DNA of 64,000 nt from Eledone cirrhosa (Eukaryota), in NCBI GenBank assembly GCA_964016885.1, contig OZ024743.1, positions 237,150,001 to 237,214,000 on the forward strand. Direction: 5' to 3'. The position numbers were made by a program, and so were the translations under genes. The notes below the pieces were generated by a model, which saw nothing but the letters and a program-made list of their open reading frames with translations, did no database searches and was not told where the DNA came from. Shown piece after piece: positions 39,801-50,420 of this stretch. Each line of letters begins with the position of its first letter. Positions within the stretch are counted from its first letter, which is position 1.

Positions 39801-40302
39801 ATGATATATATGTGTGTGTGTGTGTGGTGTGTGTGTGTATGTGTGTGTGTGTGTGCGTGTGCGTGCGTGCGTGTGTGTGTGTGGGGGGGGTGTCTCGTTC
39901 TGTGACAGGTGGGAATACTACTATCAGCCAAGATTTCTAGACCGTGACATATGTATTCATACACACACTTCGTTCTTGTTTTCACTCCTCTATTTCTAAC
40001 ATACATCCTGCTGGCTTTTCTAACGACAGTTTTAGCTTCGTATCTCACAATGTTTCATACAAACTATACCAAAATGATCCTAGATAATTCAGTAAATTTG
40101 TTAGTTGATAGAGCAGCAGAGTTTAGATGTGATCCAGTCAACTCTGGTTGAAACGCATATGTCAAAGCTTACGATTGACAGTTAGCTATGACTTGTGTGT
40201 ATTCCTTCTGTGTGAAATTCTGTGTTATACAAATTAATAGTTTTAAACGAAGTCTGTTGTAGTCTGGTTTTCTCTCGTTTTCTGATAGTATTTATACATA
40301 AT

Positions 40303-40490
40303 TGTTTCTACTTTGGGCACAAGGCCAGCAATTATCCCAGTACATTACTGGTACTTTATTTTATCGACCCCGTAAGGATGAAAGGCAAAGTTAACCTTGG
40401 CGGGATTTGAACTCAGATCATAAAGGGACGTAACTCTATGCTTCAAAGCATGGCGTCCGACTCTCTACCGATACTGCCAATCCACCGCCC
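40303..40490 (-). mobile_element. Full-length SINE family A with TSD
   Basis: TAGTAT[TA]TATACATAAT at 40286-40302 and 40492-40508. Confidence 0.9.
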
Positions 40491-40768
40491 TTAGTATATA
40501 TACATAATGAGGTATGACTGGTGGTTTTATTCAAGAACAAAAACATTACATGAAAATCTGACGAGAGTAAAACTATGGTTAAACATTCCATCCGAAGGTC
40601 ACCTTTGTGCTTTTCTTTCTTTAGTGATTAGTTAGAAATAGGAGATTGCCTGTTACCCTTTCAAGGGCTTCGGAGATTTGTGGGAGATAAGGGGAGATGA
40701 ACGTATCCTAAACTGAATACGTCGTTCGAATTACAACAGAGTGGATTAAATCTACCACCCAAAGGGCA

Positions 40769-41503
40769 GGTGGTGGTGGTGGTGGTGGTGATGGTGGTGG
40801 TGGTGGTAGTGGTGGTGGTGGTCGTGGTGATGATGGTCGTGGTCGTGGTGGTCGTGGTGGTGGTGGTGGTGGTGGTCGTGGTGGTGGTGGTGGTGGTGGT
40901 GGTGGTGGTGGTGGTGGTGGTGGTGGTGGTGGTGGTGGTGGTGGTGGTGGTGTGAGGTGGTGGTGGTGGTGGTCGTGGTGGTGGTGGTGGTGGTGGTGGT
41001 GATGATGGTCGTGGTCGTGGTGGTCGTGGTCGTGGTGATGGTGGTGGTGGTGGTGGTGGTGGTGGTGATGGTGGTGTGAGGTGGTGGTGGTGGTCGTGGT
41101 GGTGGTCATGGTGGTGATGGTGGTAGTGGTGGTGGTGGTGGTGGTGGTGGTGGTGGTGGTGGTGATGGTGGTGGTGGTGGTGGTGGTCGTGGTGATGATG
41201 GTCGTGGTCGTGGTGGTCGTGGTCGTGGTGATGGTGGTGGTGGTGGTGGTGGTGGTGGTGGTGGTGGTGGTGGTGGTGTGAGGTGGTGGTGGTGGTCGTG
41301 GTGGTGGTCATGGTGGTGATGGTGGTAGTGGTGGTGGTGGTGGTGGTGGTGGTGGTGGTGATGGTGGTGGTGTGAGGTGGTGGTGGTGGTGGTCGTGGTG
41401 GTGGTCATGGTGGTGATGGTGGTAGTGGTGGTAGTGATGGTGGTGGTGGTGGTGGTGGTGGTGGTGGTGGTGGTGGTGGTGGTGGTGGTGGTGGTGGTGG
41501 TGG
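40769..41503. repeat. (GGT)n microsatellite with GAT/CGT variants and internal block duplications
   Basis: Directly visible; recurring GTGTGAGG interruptions. Confidence 0.95.
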
Positions 41504-41665
41504 CAGTGTGGCAGTGTTAAACTGGGTGACAGATTAAATCTACTACACATGTAGACCATAGTAGGATTTGATCCTAAAACAGCCGGAACAGATACAACAA
41601 AGCTTCTCGTCCAACATTGCACCGAATCCCACAATCTACCGAAAACGATGGTGATCGAACAGGCA

Positions 41666-41719
<54 letters not shown>

Positions 41720-41724
<5 letters not shown>

Positions 41725-41838
41725 AAAAAGAATGACCCCGACGGCAGAGCTCAAGCCGTTTCGACGGCTATTTCTGGAGTCCAGAAATAGCCGTCGAAAC
41801 GGGTTGAGCTCTGCCGTCGGGGTCATTCTTTTTCCTAT
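41720..41838. repeat. 119-bp palindrome (59-bp arms, 1-nt centre, 1 mismatch)
   Basis: ATAGGAAAAAGAATGACC...TTCTGGA-G-TCCAGAA...GGTCATTCTTTTTCCTAT, centre at 41779. Confidence 0.95.
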
Positions 41839-41914
41839 TTCCCACTCTACTACCCTAAGTATTGAGTACTCTGGTGCGTTATGGTCCATCTGGTTCCTTA
41901 CCACAATTCCTTTG

Positions 41915-41996
<82 letters not shown>

Positions 41997-42196
41997 AACT
42001 TGCCTCAACACTTAATTTTAAATCTTTAATTTTTAGTGTTTAATTGTTATTAATTCTTTTTAATTGTAATACTCAACATTTGATAAGATGAATTTTACTA
42101 ATACATCAAAACAGGTAATACTTTATATACATTATATACATTCTAAAACACTTTTTAAAAGAATTGTCCCTCTCATCTTTTCAATAATGTCACTTT

Positions 42197-42499
42197 TGTG
42201 GTTAGAAAAAGCTATCTCACTTACCGCTTTTCACAGGCGCCGCTAAATTCCACTGCAGGTTACTCCTCTTCCACGTGCGTCCAACTGCTTAACACCGGGA
42301 GCTGCCCAAACTCGCGTCCACACCGTGTGCTGGTCACCACTAGAGAGAGGCCCTCTGCTGGCCCTTCCGGTCGAGCATCCTTCCGGCCAAAAACCCCTTC
42401 CGGTCGAGCACTCCCCCGCCTCCGGCCACCGCACGCCACACACCCTTCCGGCCGAGCACTCCCCCGCCTCCGGCCACCGCACGCCACAACATACCCACA
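42197..42499 (-). repeat. 3' LTR
   Basis: Matches 46146-46448 apart from one substitution seen (CCGGCCGAG vs CCGGTCGAG). Confidence 0.95.
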
Positions 42500-42500
42500 C

Positions 42501-42518
42501 GCCCCCCCCCCCCCCCCC
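42501..42518 (-). other. Polypurine tract (poly-G)
   Basis: G-run on the minus strand just upstream of the 3' LTR. Confidence 0.85.
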
Positions 42519-42523
42519 TGATC

Positions 42524-45337
42524 TCAAGGATCAATTTCCCCCTCGTCCCTCTGCATATGAAAGTCTGCTGTCCAGGTCGGTGGTCTACGACTTCGTTGCG
42601 ATCTTCGTAGTATTGGGGCAGAGCTCTGGGTTTCCACCTCATCTTGGGTTTCCTCTTCCTCGGAGTCCGTCGACACAGTGATTCTTCTTACATCCAGGAC
42701 ATGACGTGGTACCCCGTCCACGGACACATTGTTCTTTGAATTTACGGCCGTCACCGTTCCCCTTCCCCATTGAGATGTGCAACGTGCATCTGGGGGCTTA
42801 ACCCAGACTTCTTCGCCCACCTGCACGAATGCACTCTCTCTCCCCACTGGCCGTTGTGGTGGCGTGCACGGGTGCCGCCACTCGTATTTGAATACTGCTC
42901 TGTGTGGCACCGATTCCTCGACCTGTCCAACCCGAGGGGACACATTGTACCAGAACACTGCCTCCATTGGTGAGATATGGCCCCGCTCCGCCATTGCCTT
43001 GATCGTCCGGTGGTGTCGCTCCACGATTCCATTCCCGCTCGGCCTGTGCGCCGCTCTGAAGAAACGGTCCACCTTCCATCCATCGAGCATCTCCCTCAGT
43101 GCCTCCGAGCGGAACGCTGCGCTGTTGTCCATCAGCAGTTCGTCCACAGGGCCCCGCTCCAAGAACACCTCTCTCAACGTCCGCACGATTTCCTCGGCCG
43201 TTCCAGTCTTCATCTCCCTCCATATCGCCATTCGACCTGGTCCACAGTCGACCATCGAGAGGTACGTTCCCTGTCGGTAGTGCGTCACATCCACCGCTAA
43301 TCGCTTCCAGTCGCGATCCACCGGGAGGCTTCCCGTTTCGTGTACACCCGGGGCGGGATCAATGGACTGACATCGGACGCAGCCTCTAACCACCCCCCGA
43401 ACACTGTGTCTGCTAACGTCCGAGTCGATTCTCCTGGCTAGGAACAGGCTCCTATCCACCCCCATGTGGTGCATGTCATGCAACCTCTTCAGGTCTAACT
43501 CGGTCAGCCGATACACGGCAGCTATCTCATCCTCTACCTCCTCCGGCGCTTCCATCCAGGCTTTCTTCACTCTAGTTAAGATGTCCGCCCTATTTTTCTC
43601 TGAGGGCACGAACACTACGCTCAGCTTCAGGTCGAACTCGGTGGCCAGCTCTCCTAACGTTCCCAGGCGGCGCTTTATCAGCATCTCCGCCGCGCCTCTC
43701 GTTCGCACTCTCTTCTCACTGGTGAGCACTGATCTTACCCATCCGAGTACAGTAGCCGAGTCGGTGCGTATCTCGATGGTGCGCAGCCCCCACCGCAGGG
43801 CGAGGTTCACCCCTCTCAACACCGCGTCCAGCTCGGCCACATTGATGTGGCTGCAGTCGTCCTTCTTTCTAAGCCAGGCTGCATCCTCGACCTCAACACC
43901 TCCTATCTCCAACGTGACACCCAGCGCTATGCTGCTGGCATCGCACCATACGGTCCCGCTCTGTGATTTGGGAACGTACCAGCGTCCCCGCACTGGGTCG
44001 TCGGCCTTCACCCTCCCCACGATCTCCTGCATCATGGCCACCGTCCTCTCGCCCACTCTGTCACTCCAAGTCACCCCTCCCGCTCGTCTCTTGACATAGC
44101 TGCATGCCGTCCGGAGCCACCCAGCGATCGGGTAGTGACCCACCAGCTTTCCACACACCGAGAAAAGCTCCCGCCTATTCATACTTGGGCCCAGTTCCGG
44201 AACTTCGTTTCCCCTCTGGAACACCAAAACGCCCGTCTTGTCTCGCCGTAGCCTAAGTCCCAGCGCGGCTCCTCCCTCCAATGCTTCTGATGGCTTCGCA
44301 GTCAGTCCATACCTCCGCAAATGGCTCGTGACCTCCGCCGCCGACACCAACGACTCGTCCACTAGGATGTCGTCAATATAGGAGTTAGTAGCCCTCTTTA
44401 TCTTGTCGGCCCTCCCCAGAGCGGTCTTGAGGACCGCCACCATGATCTTCGGTGCGGAGCTCAGCCCGAAACCGAGCCTGGTCAGGCAATATGTCCGGCC
44501 CTTATACCTGACCAGCTGATACCGCCAGAGCTTCTCATCTATATGCAACTGCAAGTAAGCCGACTTTAGATCCACGATCGCTGAACCCCCCGTCATGCGT
44601 CTCCACTCACGCAGGGTTTCCCCACAGACATCCGTGACCTCGCCACCCGTGTGGCATGACACGTGCTCGTTCAGCTCCCGATAGTCCAGCACCGGCCTCA
44701 CCTTGCTCTTCGTGGGTTCCACCACCGCCATCAACGGCAATACTCCGCACTTCACCTCCTCCTTCCAGGGAAGCAGTATTCCCTCTTCGATCCATCTCTC
44801 TACTTCTCGCTCGAACTCGCTCCTAGCGTTTCCCATCAATGTGTGTTGATAGCAGCCCACTTTGGTCTTCAGTGTTGGTGGTTCTCCCTTCCAGTACCAC
44901 TCAACAACCCATCGCTGCCCATGAAACACGGCCTTGAAGTCTTTGTCCTGTACAGTGTAAGCGGGGTATTCCTCCTCGTGGGCCTTCTGGTTCTCATGAT
45001 GTGCACTCACAGCGCATACAGATGCAGCGGCGCCAAACGACACACCCACATTGTTTACCGTGACGCTCCCTAGACGGCCAATCGCGTCCATGCCCATAAC
45101 CACGCCGATCCCATCCACCACACTGTCTACCACGATGGCGGAAAGCCTTATCCTCCTTCCCCGTACCGCTATTTCCATCTCGCTGCGACCTCGGCATTCA
45201 ATTTTCCTGCCGTCGACTGCCCTTACGCTGCTCTTCCCTCCCCACCTCTGCGCCACCCCCGCGGTCACCAGTGTCGTCGTACAGCCCGTATCCACGAGGG
45301 CTCGCTGTGGCTTCCCCCTCACGAAGACTTCCACCAC
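42524..45337 (-). CDS. pol: Pol polyprotein: aspartic protease, RT, RNase H, integrase
   Basis: LVDTG; RPVLDYRELN, VDLKSAYLQL, LGFGLSSAP, YIDD; WCDAS...ELDA...TDS...ADILTR; H..HH...CVRC; DVTH, MDNS, SGNGIVERHH; frame is open upstream to about 45397. Confidence 0.95.
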   Translation of the reverse strand: MVEVFVRGKPQRALVDTGCTTTLVTAGVAQRWGGKSSVRAVDGRKIECRGRSEMEIAVRGRRIRLSAIVVDSVVDGIGVVMGMDAIGRLGSVTVNNVGVSFGAAASVCAVSAHHENQKAHEEEYPAYTVQDKDFKAVFHGQRWVVEWYWKGEPPTLKTKVGCYQHTLMGNARSEFEREVERWIEEGILLPWKEEVKCGVLPLMAVVEPTKSKVRPVLDYRELNEHVSCHTGGEVTDVCGETLREWRRMTGGSAIVDLKSAYLQLHIDEKLWRYQLVRYKGRTYCLTRLGFGLSSAPKIMVAVLKTALGRADKIKRATNSYIDDILVDESLVSAAEVTSHLRRYGLTAKPSEALEGGAALGLRLRRDKTGVLVFQRGNEVPELGPSMNRRELFSVCGKLVGHYPIAGWLRTACSYVKRRAGGVTWSDRVGERTVAMMQEIVGRVKADDPVRGRWYVPKSQSGTVWCDASSIALGVTLEIGGVEVEDAAWLRKKDDCSHINVAELDAVLRGVNLALRWGLRTIEIRTDSATVLGWVRSVLTSEKRVRTRGAAEMLIKRRLGTLGELATEFDLKLSVVFVPSEKNRADILTRVKKAWMEAPEEVEDEIAAVYRLTELDLKRLHDMHHMGVDRSLFLARRIDSDVSRHSVRGVVRGCVRCQSIDPAPGVHETGSLPVDRDWKRLAVDVTHYRQGTYLSMVDCGPGRMAIWREMKTGTAEEIVRTLREVFLERGPVDELLMDNSAAFRSEALREMLDGWKVDRFFRAAHRPSGNGIVERHHRTIKAMAERGHISPMEAVFWYNVSPRVGQVEESVPHRAVFKYEWRHPCTPPQRPVGRESAFVQVGEEVWVKPPDARCTSQWGRGTVTAVNSKNNVSVDGVPRHVLDVRRITVSTDSEEEETQDEVETQSSAPILRRSQRSRRPPTWTADFHMQRDEGEIDP

Positions 45338-45349
45338 GGGCAGCGCCGC

Positions 45350-46086
45350 TACTCGTAAGGGGCAACTACCGGCGCAGTAGTTCCCCTTGGATCGTTTCCA
45401 TGGTCGCAGTTAGTAGCGATGTGGCCTGGTCGCTTACACCATTATCTCCGGCTTCGACTCTCTACAGTCTCTAGCCATGTGCGGGCCTTGGCACCGAAAA
45501 CAGCGCCCTCTAAACGCACGCGGACGGCCGCGTGCCGAGGTTGCCTCCCTTTCACCATTTCGCTGCCAGGTGTCCTGGGCCTCCGCAGTTGCTATCGCCG
45601 CAACACTCTTTTTGGCATCTTCCGCTATGATCCGGGCTTGTTCCACCAGTGAACGCATTTCCATTTCTTTATAACCCGGGACTTGCTGCAGTTTCACCGC
45701 TATGTCGTCCGGAAATCCATTGATGAACGCCAACCGCACCGTGCGTTCGCATTCTGCCTGGTAACTGGCCAACATAGCCAACCGGCGTATTTCCGCTGCG
45801 AAAATGTCGACGCGCTCACCATTCCACCTGATTCTCGCCAGCTTAGCAAAAGCCGCCAACGGTCCCTCGGCGAATGCATCCATCAGACGCCATCTCTTTG
45901 GCTGTGCTCGTCCAACTCAAGGCAGAGTACCAACGCGTCGCCCTCGAGGTACAATGCCATGAGGCCGGCCACGTCCTCTATCTTCTGCAAGCTTGCGACC
46001 AGCCGAACCTTCCGCAGCCAAGCGACAACATCACCTTCCCCGGTGAATGCCCTGATAGTTTCGTTCATCCGTAGTCTTGTCGCCAT
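45350..46086 (-). pseudogene. gag: Gag with CCHC knuckle(s), broken by two small frameshifts
   Basis: ORFs 45883-46086 and 45434-45883 (CFRCQGPHMARDC); a second knuckle remnant C-K-R-P-G-H-I-A-T-N-C in another frame ends at TAG 45350-45352. Confidence 0.85.
45357..45400 (-). promoter_or_regulatory. Putative -1 ribosomal frameshift signal between gag and pol
   Basis: Minus strand TGGAAAC, then AAGGGGAACTAC...GTAGTTGCCCCTT hairpin 5 nt downstream; the -1 frame from this point is continuous with pol. Confidence 0.65.
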
Positions 46087-46133
46087 CTTCTGATTTGTCT
46101 TGCGGCATTTTTTTTTTTTTTTTTTTTTCAGTC

Positions 46134-46145
46134 GCCGAAATAGCT
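46134..46145 (-). other. Non-canonical primer-binding site complementary to tRNA-Phe nt 1-12
   Basis: Plus strand GCCGAAATAGCT equals the 5' end of metazoan tRNA-Phe(GAA) (GCCGAAAUAGCUCAG...); it directly abuts the 5' LTR. Confidence 0.75.
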
Positions 46146-46448
46146 TGTGGTTAGAAAAAGCTATCTCACTTACCGCTTTTCACAGGCGCCGCTAAATTCC
46201 ACTGCAGGTTACTCCTCTTCCACGTGCGTCCAACTGCTTAACACCGGGAGCTGCCCAAACTCGCGTCCACACCGTGTGCTGGTCACCACTAGAGAGAGGC
46301 CCTCTGCTGGCCCTTCCGGTCGAGCATCCTTCCGGCCAAAAACCCCTTCCGGTCGAGCACTCCCCCGCCTCCGGCCACCGCACGCCACACACCCTTCCGG
46401 TCGAGCACTCCCCCGCCTCCGGCCACCGCACGCCACAACATACCCACA
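46146..46448 (-). repeat. 5' LTR
   Basis: 303 bp, TG...CA, followed by TSD ACTTT. Confidence 0.95.
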
Positions 46449-46590
46449 ACTTTGACGAATCAAATAAAGGAAAAAAAGAAAAACAGACCCTAAAATATAT
46501 TTTCCGTGCTATTTCAAACTTCACCTTTTCTCTATATCCACTGTTTTGTATACAACCTTACTTCCCTTTTCTAATATATATATATATATA

Positions 46591-47896
46591 TATTTAATAC
46601 AATAACAGAGATAGCTTAAAGCTAAACTCCGACTGGTAACCATCTCACTCAACAAACATTAGGTTATACGTTAGTATAAACCCAATTTAAGTGTTTGGGG
46701 TGCTAACTATATGTATTTTGTGGAAAGCCAGATGTATTATTTTATGAGATATAATTAAAGTTAAAATACATCTCTCTTTCCAAACAATTGTTTCATTATA
46801 AGTTTTTTACAAGTTGGGAGAATGTTTCCAGTTTATGTAGAAGCCTAACATATTTTCATGTAAGAAAATATTTAGGTGGGCACTTATAAATCGTCAGTGG
46901 AAGCCCATTAAACTTTGATATAAGAAAAAATTTCTTACCGCAGTTAATTTTCGTGTCCGTTAAGTTGTCCCTTCACGCATCGAATGACCGCCAAATTTGA
47001 AATTCCAGCAGTCTTTTGACTGAGGAAGTATCATAGCGTCACGAAGCGGAAAAGGGAGACAACCACGAGTCACGAGAAAAGTAAAATAATATACACGTGG
47101 GTTAATTAGTTTTTTCAAAAACATTATCAATCCTGCGTGTTAAGAACTCAATTAATTTAAAAAAAGTAAATGTATGCGTGTATTAATTACACACGCATAT
47201 AGATATTTTCTTAGGCTAAAAACAGAGAAGTGATACCTAAAAACCAACCACATCTCATAACTGTAATCAATACGGAAAGTTACGCTTTAAAAGGCATTTG
47301 GAAATGTAAATCTCTGGCCAAATTAAGAGTAAAATATTTAATACACGCGAGTTAATTAGTTATTTCAAAACCAATATTAATTTCGCGTGTTAAGAACTCA
47401 ATTAATTTAAAAAAATAAATGTATGCATGTAATTATTTACACACGCATATAGATATTTTCTTAGGCTAAAAACAGAGAAGTGATACCCAAAAAAAACAAG
47501 CAATATCTCATAACAGTAATAAATACGGAAAGTCATGTTTATAAGGTACCTGGAAATAAAAATCTCTGGCCAAATCAAGAGTAAAATATTTAATACAATA
47601 ACAGAGATAGCTTAAAGCTAAACTCCGACTGGTAACCATCTCACTCAACAAACATTAGGTTATACGTTAGTATAAACCCAATTTAAGTGTTTGGGTGCTA
47701 ACTATATGTATTTTGTGGAAAGCCAGTTGTGTTATTTTATATGAGATATAATTAAAGTTAAAATACATCTCTCTTTCCAAACAATTGTTTCATTATAAGT
47801 TTTTTACAAGTTGGGAGAATGTTTCCAGTTTATGTAGAAGCCTAACATATTTTCATGTAAGAAAATATTTAGGTGGGCACTTATAAATCGTCAGTG
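46591..47896. repeat. Non-coding unit with ~308-bp terminal direct repeats (46591-46899 / 47587-47896) and an internal ~250-bp tandem duplication (about 47080-47590)
   Basis: Near-identical copies; flanked by (TA)n on both sides. Confidence 0.8.
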
Positions 47897-48110
47897 ATAT
47901 ATATATATATATATATTCAGGTTTGAGGTTCACCACTTGATAGAGATGGTCTATTCCGTATGGTCAATCGTAATGTAATAATATAGAGAGTACTCAACGT
48001 AAAGCAGTTCAACCGTCTTTGTTTTTGTAGTTGGTGGTGCTATTACGGAGTTAAATATTATAATGAAATGACAGGAGGCTGGATTTGTGTAAATCCTTGA
48101 AAGGTTTATT

Positions 48111-48168
48111 ATACTATGATCATTTCAATGACCGGGTTCCGTATGAATCCGGTGATATCATCAGGTAT
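48111..48168 (-). ncRNA. Type I hammerhead ribozyme
   Basis: ATAC-CTGATGA-[stem II ACCGG/CCGGT]-GAAA-TGATCA-TA-GTAT with a palindromic stem III. Confidence 0.7.
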
Positions 48169-50160
48169 TCGAAATATAATACGTGAATGTAATAGATAAA
48201 ATCCATGGGGTTGAAAATCGAGGACCCGAGGGCGATCGCTATCCTGTACCTTCTACCTTAGCCGGTCGCCCTCGAGTGACGTGGCCAAAGCTTACAGTGT
48301 GCTGCTACTACCGGTCAGATAAAGGAAAACAGAAAGGGATGGGAACATAAGTTAGCGTTAATCTCATGCCACAAGACAAAAGAAAGAAAGAAAGGAGGGG
48401 GAGAGAAGAAGGGGGAAGGAAGAAGAGAAGCCAGGGTTAATGTCAGATATAAGAAGAAAGACAGAAAGAAAGAGGAGGAAAGGTCGGTATTACAGTCAGG
48501 CCAGGATTGTCGCGAAAAAAAATTTTTTTTTTTTTTTATTCTACGTGACCCGTATCTAAACAACTACTACCGGTCAGATATAGGCAAACAAAAAGGGGGA
48601 AGGAAGATAAGTCTGCGGGAGGAAGACAGAAAGAGGGGAGAAGAGAAGGAAGAGAATGAAGAAGTAGAAAAGTAAGGGTTGGTGGCTACAAGAAGGAAGA
48701 TAGAAAGAAAGAGGAAGAAAGGTCGTATCAGACTACAGTCAGGCCAGGAGTGGCGCGAGAAAATGTTCACAGGGACCCGTATCTTAGCGGAGATGAATAT
48801 ATTGGGGGTCAGTGTGTTATAATGTGTGAGCAGAATATTGGAACATTACGTTTTTGTTTAGACTTATAGGATGAAATTAAAAATTTATAATTAATATTTA
48901 ATATTAAAGAAATTAGAAAATTTAAAGTTAAACAGCTTAACATTTTAAGGTTGATATATCTAATAGTTATGATTTGATCTGTAATTTAAAGGTACTATGT
49001 GGCGGTTAAAACACCGGCCGCGCTCCGGGCCCCCGGGGCGAATTAAGCCACTCCGAGTAGTTTCATTTACCGAAAGAAGGGGAAATTTATTTTTCCAAGC
49101 ACTCAAGGTAGGCCCATGCGCCAGGGGGCTGGTCGCGCCGCCATCAAAACCCACCCAACAGCCCGACAGAAAGTTGGAACTTTAAAATATTGCTTAAATT
49201 TATAGGATGAAGTTGAAAGAATTCAGAATAACATAAAATTAAAGAGTAAGAAGATTGAGAATTGAACAAACAGAAAATTGAAAATTAAACATTTAAAAAA
49301 ACTTCTATGAGGTTTTGGGTTGCGGGATTTAATTAAAGAGAGTCTTTTATGAAGAAACGCTAATTGTATTATGTAGATCTATAATTTATCCTAGTGGGAT
49401 GTAGAGTACGGGATATAGTCGTGTAATATTTATTTTTGTTCTCAGGGGGAGACATTCTAGTTTCGTGTGCTAATGGGTACAAGTGAGCAAAAGTCCCAAT
49501 AGGAGGAGTAGAAATACATGGATACATAGAAGTGGAATACGTGGAAGAGCACATTGATAAAGAAAAGGTATAAATATATAAACATATCAATATATAGATA
49601 TAAATATGTAAATAAACCAACAAGAGTGGTGTTGGAGTAAGATGGAGAAATCAAGACATAGGAGAATTACAATATAGTTCAGGTTGCAGTATTTATGTTC
49701 CCGGGGGGAGACATTCCAGTGTCGTGTGCTAAGGGTACACGCGAGTAAAAGTCCGAATAAGGGAAGTAAAAAGTACATGGATGTATAGAGGTAGAATAAG
49801 TGGGAAAGCATTAATACAGCAAACAAGAGTCGTTGTCTAGTAAATGGAGAGTTCAAGACACAGGAGAAATACAATATAGTTCAAGTTGCAGTCAGATAAT
49901 GCATATAGATGTGGAAATGGAATCAGTGTGTGTTCGAGTCTGGGAATTCAGTGTGAGTTATACATGCCCAGAAGTATAGGGTAGCGAATTTAGTTAATAC
50001 AGTGCAGTACAATACATGTTATGGTATAATCCGTAGAGTTTCGTCGAAGTCCGAATACTCTGAGAGGGAAGTAGCAATGGGCCAGGCGAAAACACCGAGT
50101 AGCCAAAGTCCGAATGGTGGTTAGATATATTCAGTCCCATGCCGCTGTTCATTATTACAC

Positions 50161-50420
50161 AGGGTCGATAAAATAAAGTACCAGTAATGCACTGGGTAAT
50201 TGCTGGCCTTGTGCCTAAAGTAGAAACAATTATTGGTGGATTGGCAGTATCGGTAGAGGGTCGGACGCCATGCTTTCCAGCATAGTTACGTCCCTTTACG
50301 ATCTGAGTTCAAATCCCGCCGAGGTTGACTTTGCCTTTCATCCTTACGGGGTCGATAAAATAAAGTACCAGTAATGCACTGGGTAATTGCTGGCCTTGTG
50401 CCAAAAGTAGAAACAATTAT
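50161..50420 (+). mobile_element. SINE family A tandem (3' fragment + near full-length copy)
   Basis: Two GGGTCGATAAAATAAAGTACC...GAAACAATTAT units; ATTATTACA on both flanks. Confidence 0.88.

Larger units (their letters stand above)
42197..46448 (-). mobile_element. Full-length Ty3/Gypsy LTR retrotransposon (4,252 bp)
   Basis: 303-bp TG...CA LTRs, 5-bp TSD ACTTT (42192-42196 and 46449-46453), gag + PR-RT-RH-IN order, poly-G PPT. Confidence 0.97.

Noticed and set aside
40661-41634. Poly-His/Pro/Thr/Val ORFs
   Set aside because: Translations of a (GGT)n microsatellite
46134-46170. Tf1-like self-priming explanation for the unusual PBS
   Set aside because: The only complement seen is a short imperfect one in adjacent U5 (GAGATAGCT), which fits a local U5-leader hairpin; the exact 12/12 match to the tRNA-Phe 5' end is a better explanation, though self-priming is not formally excluded
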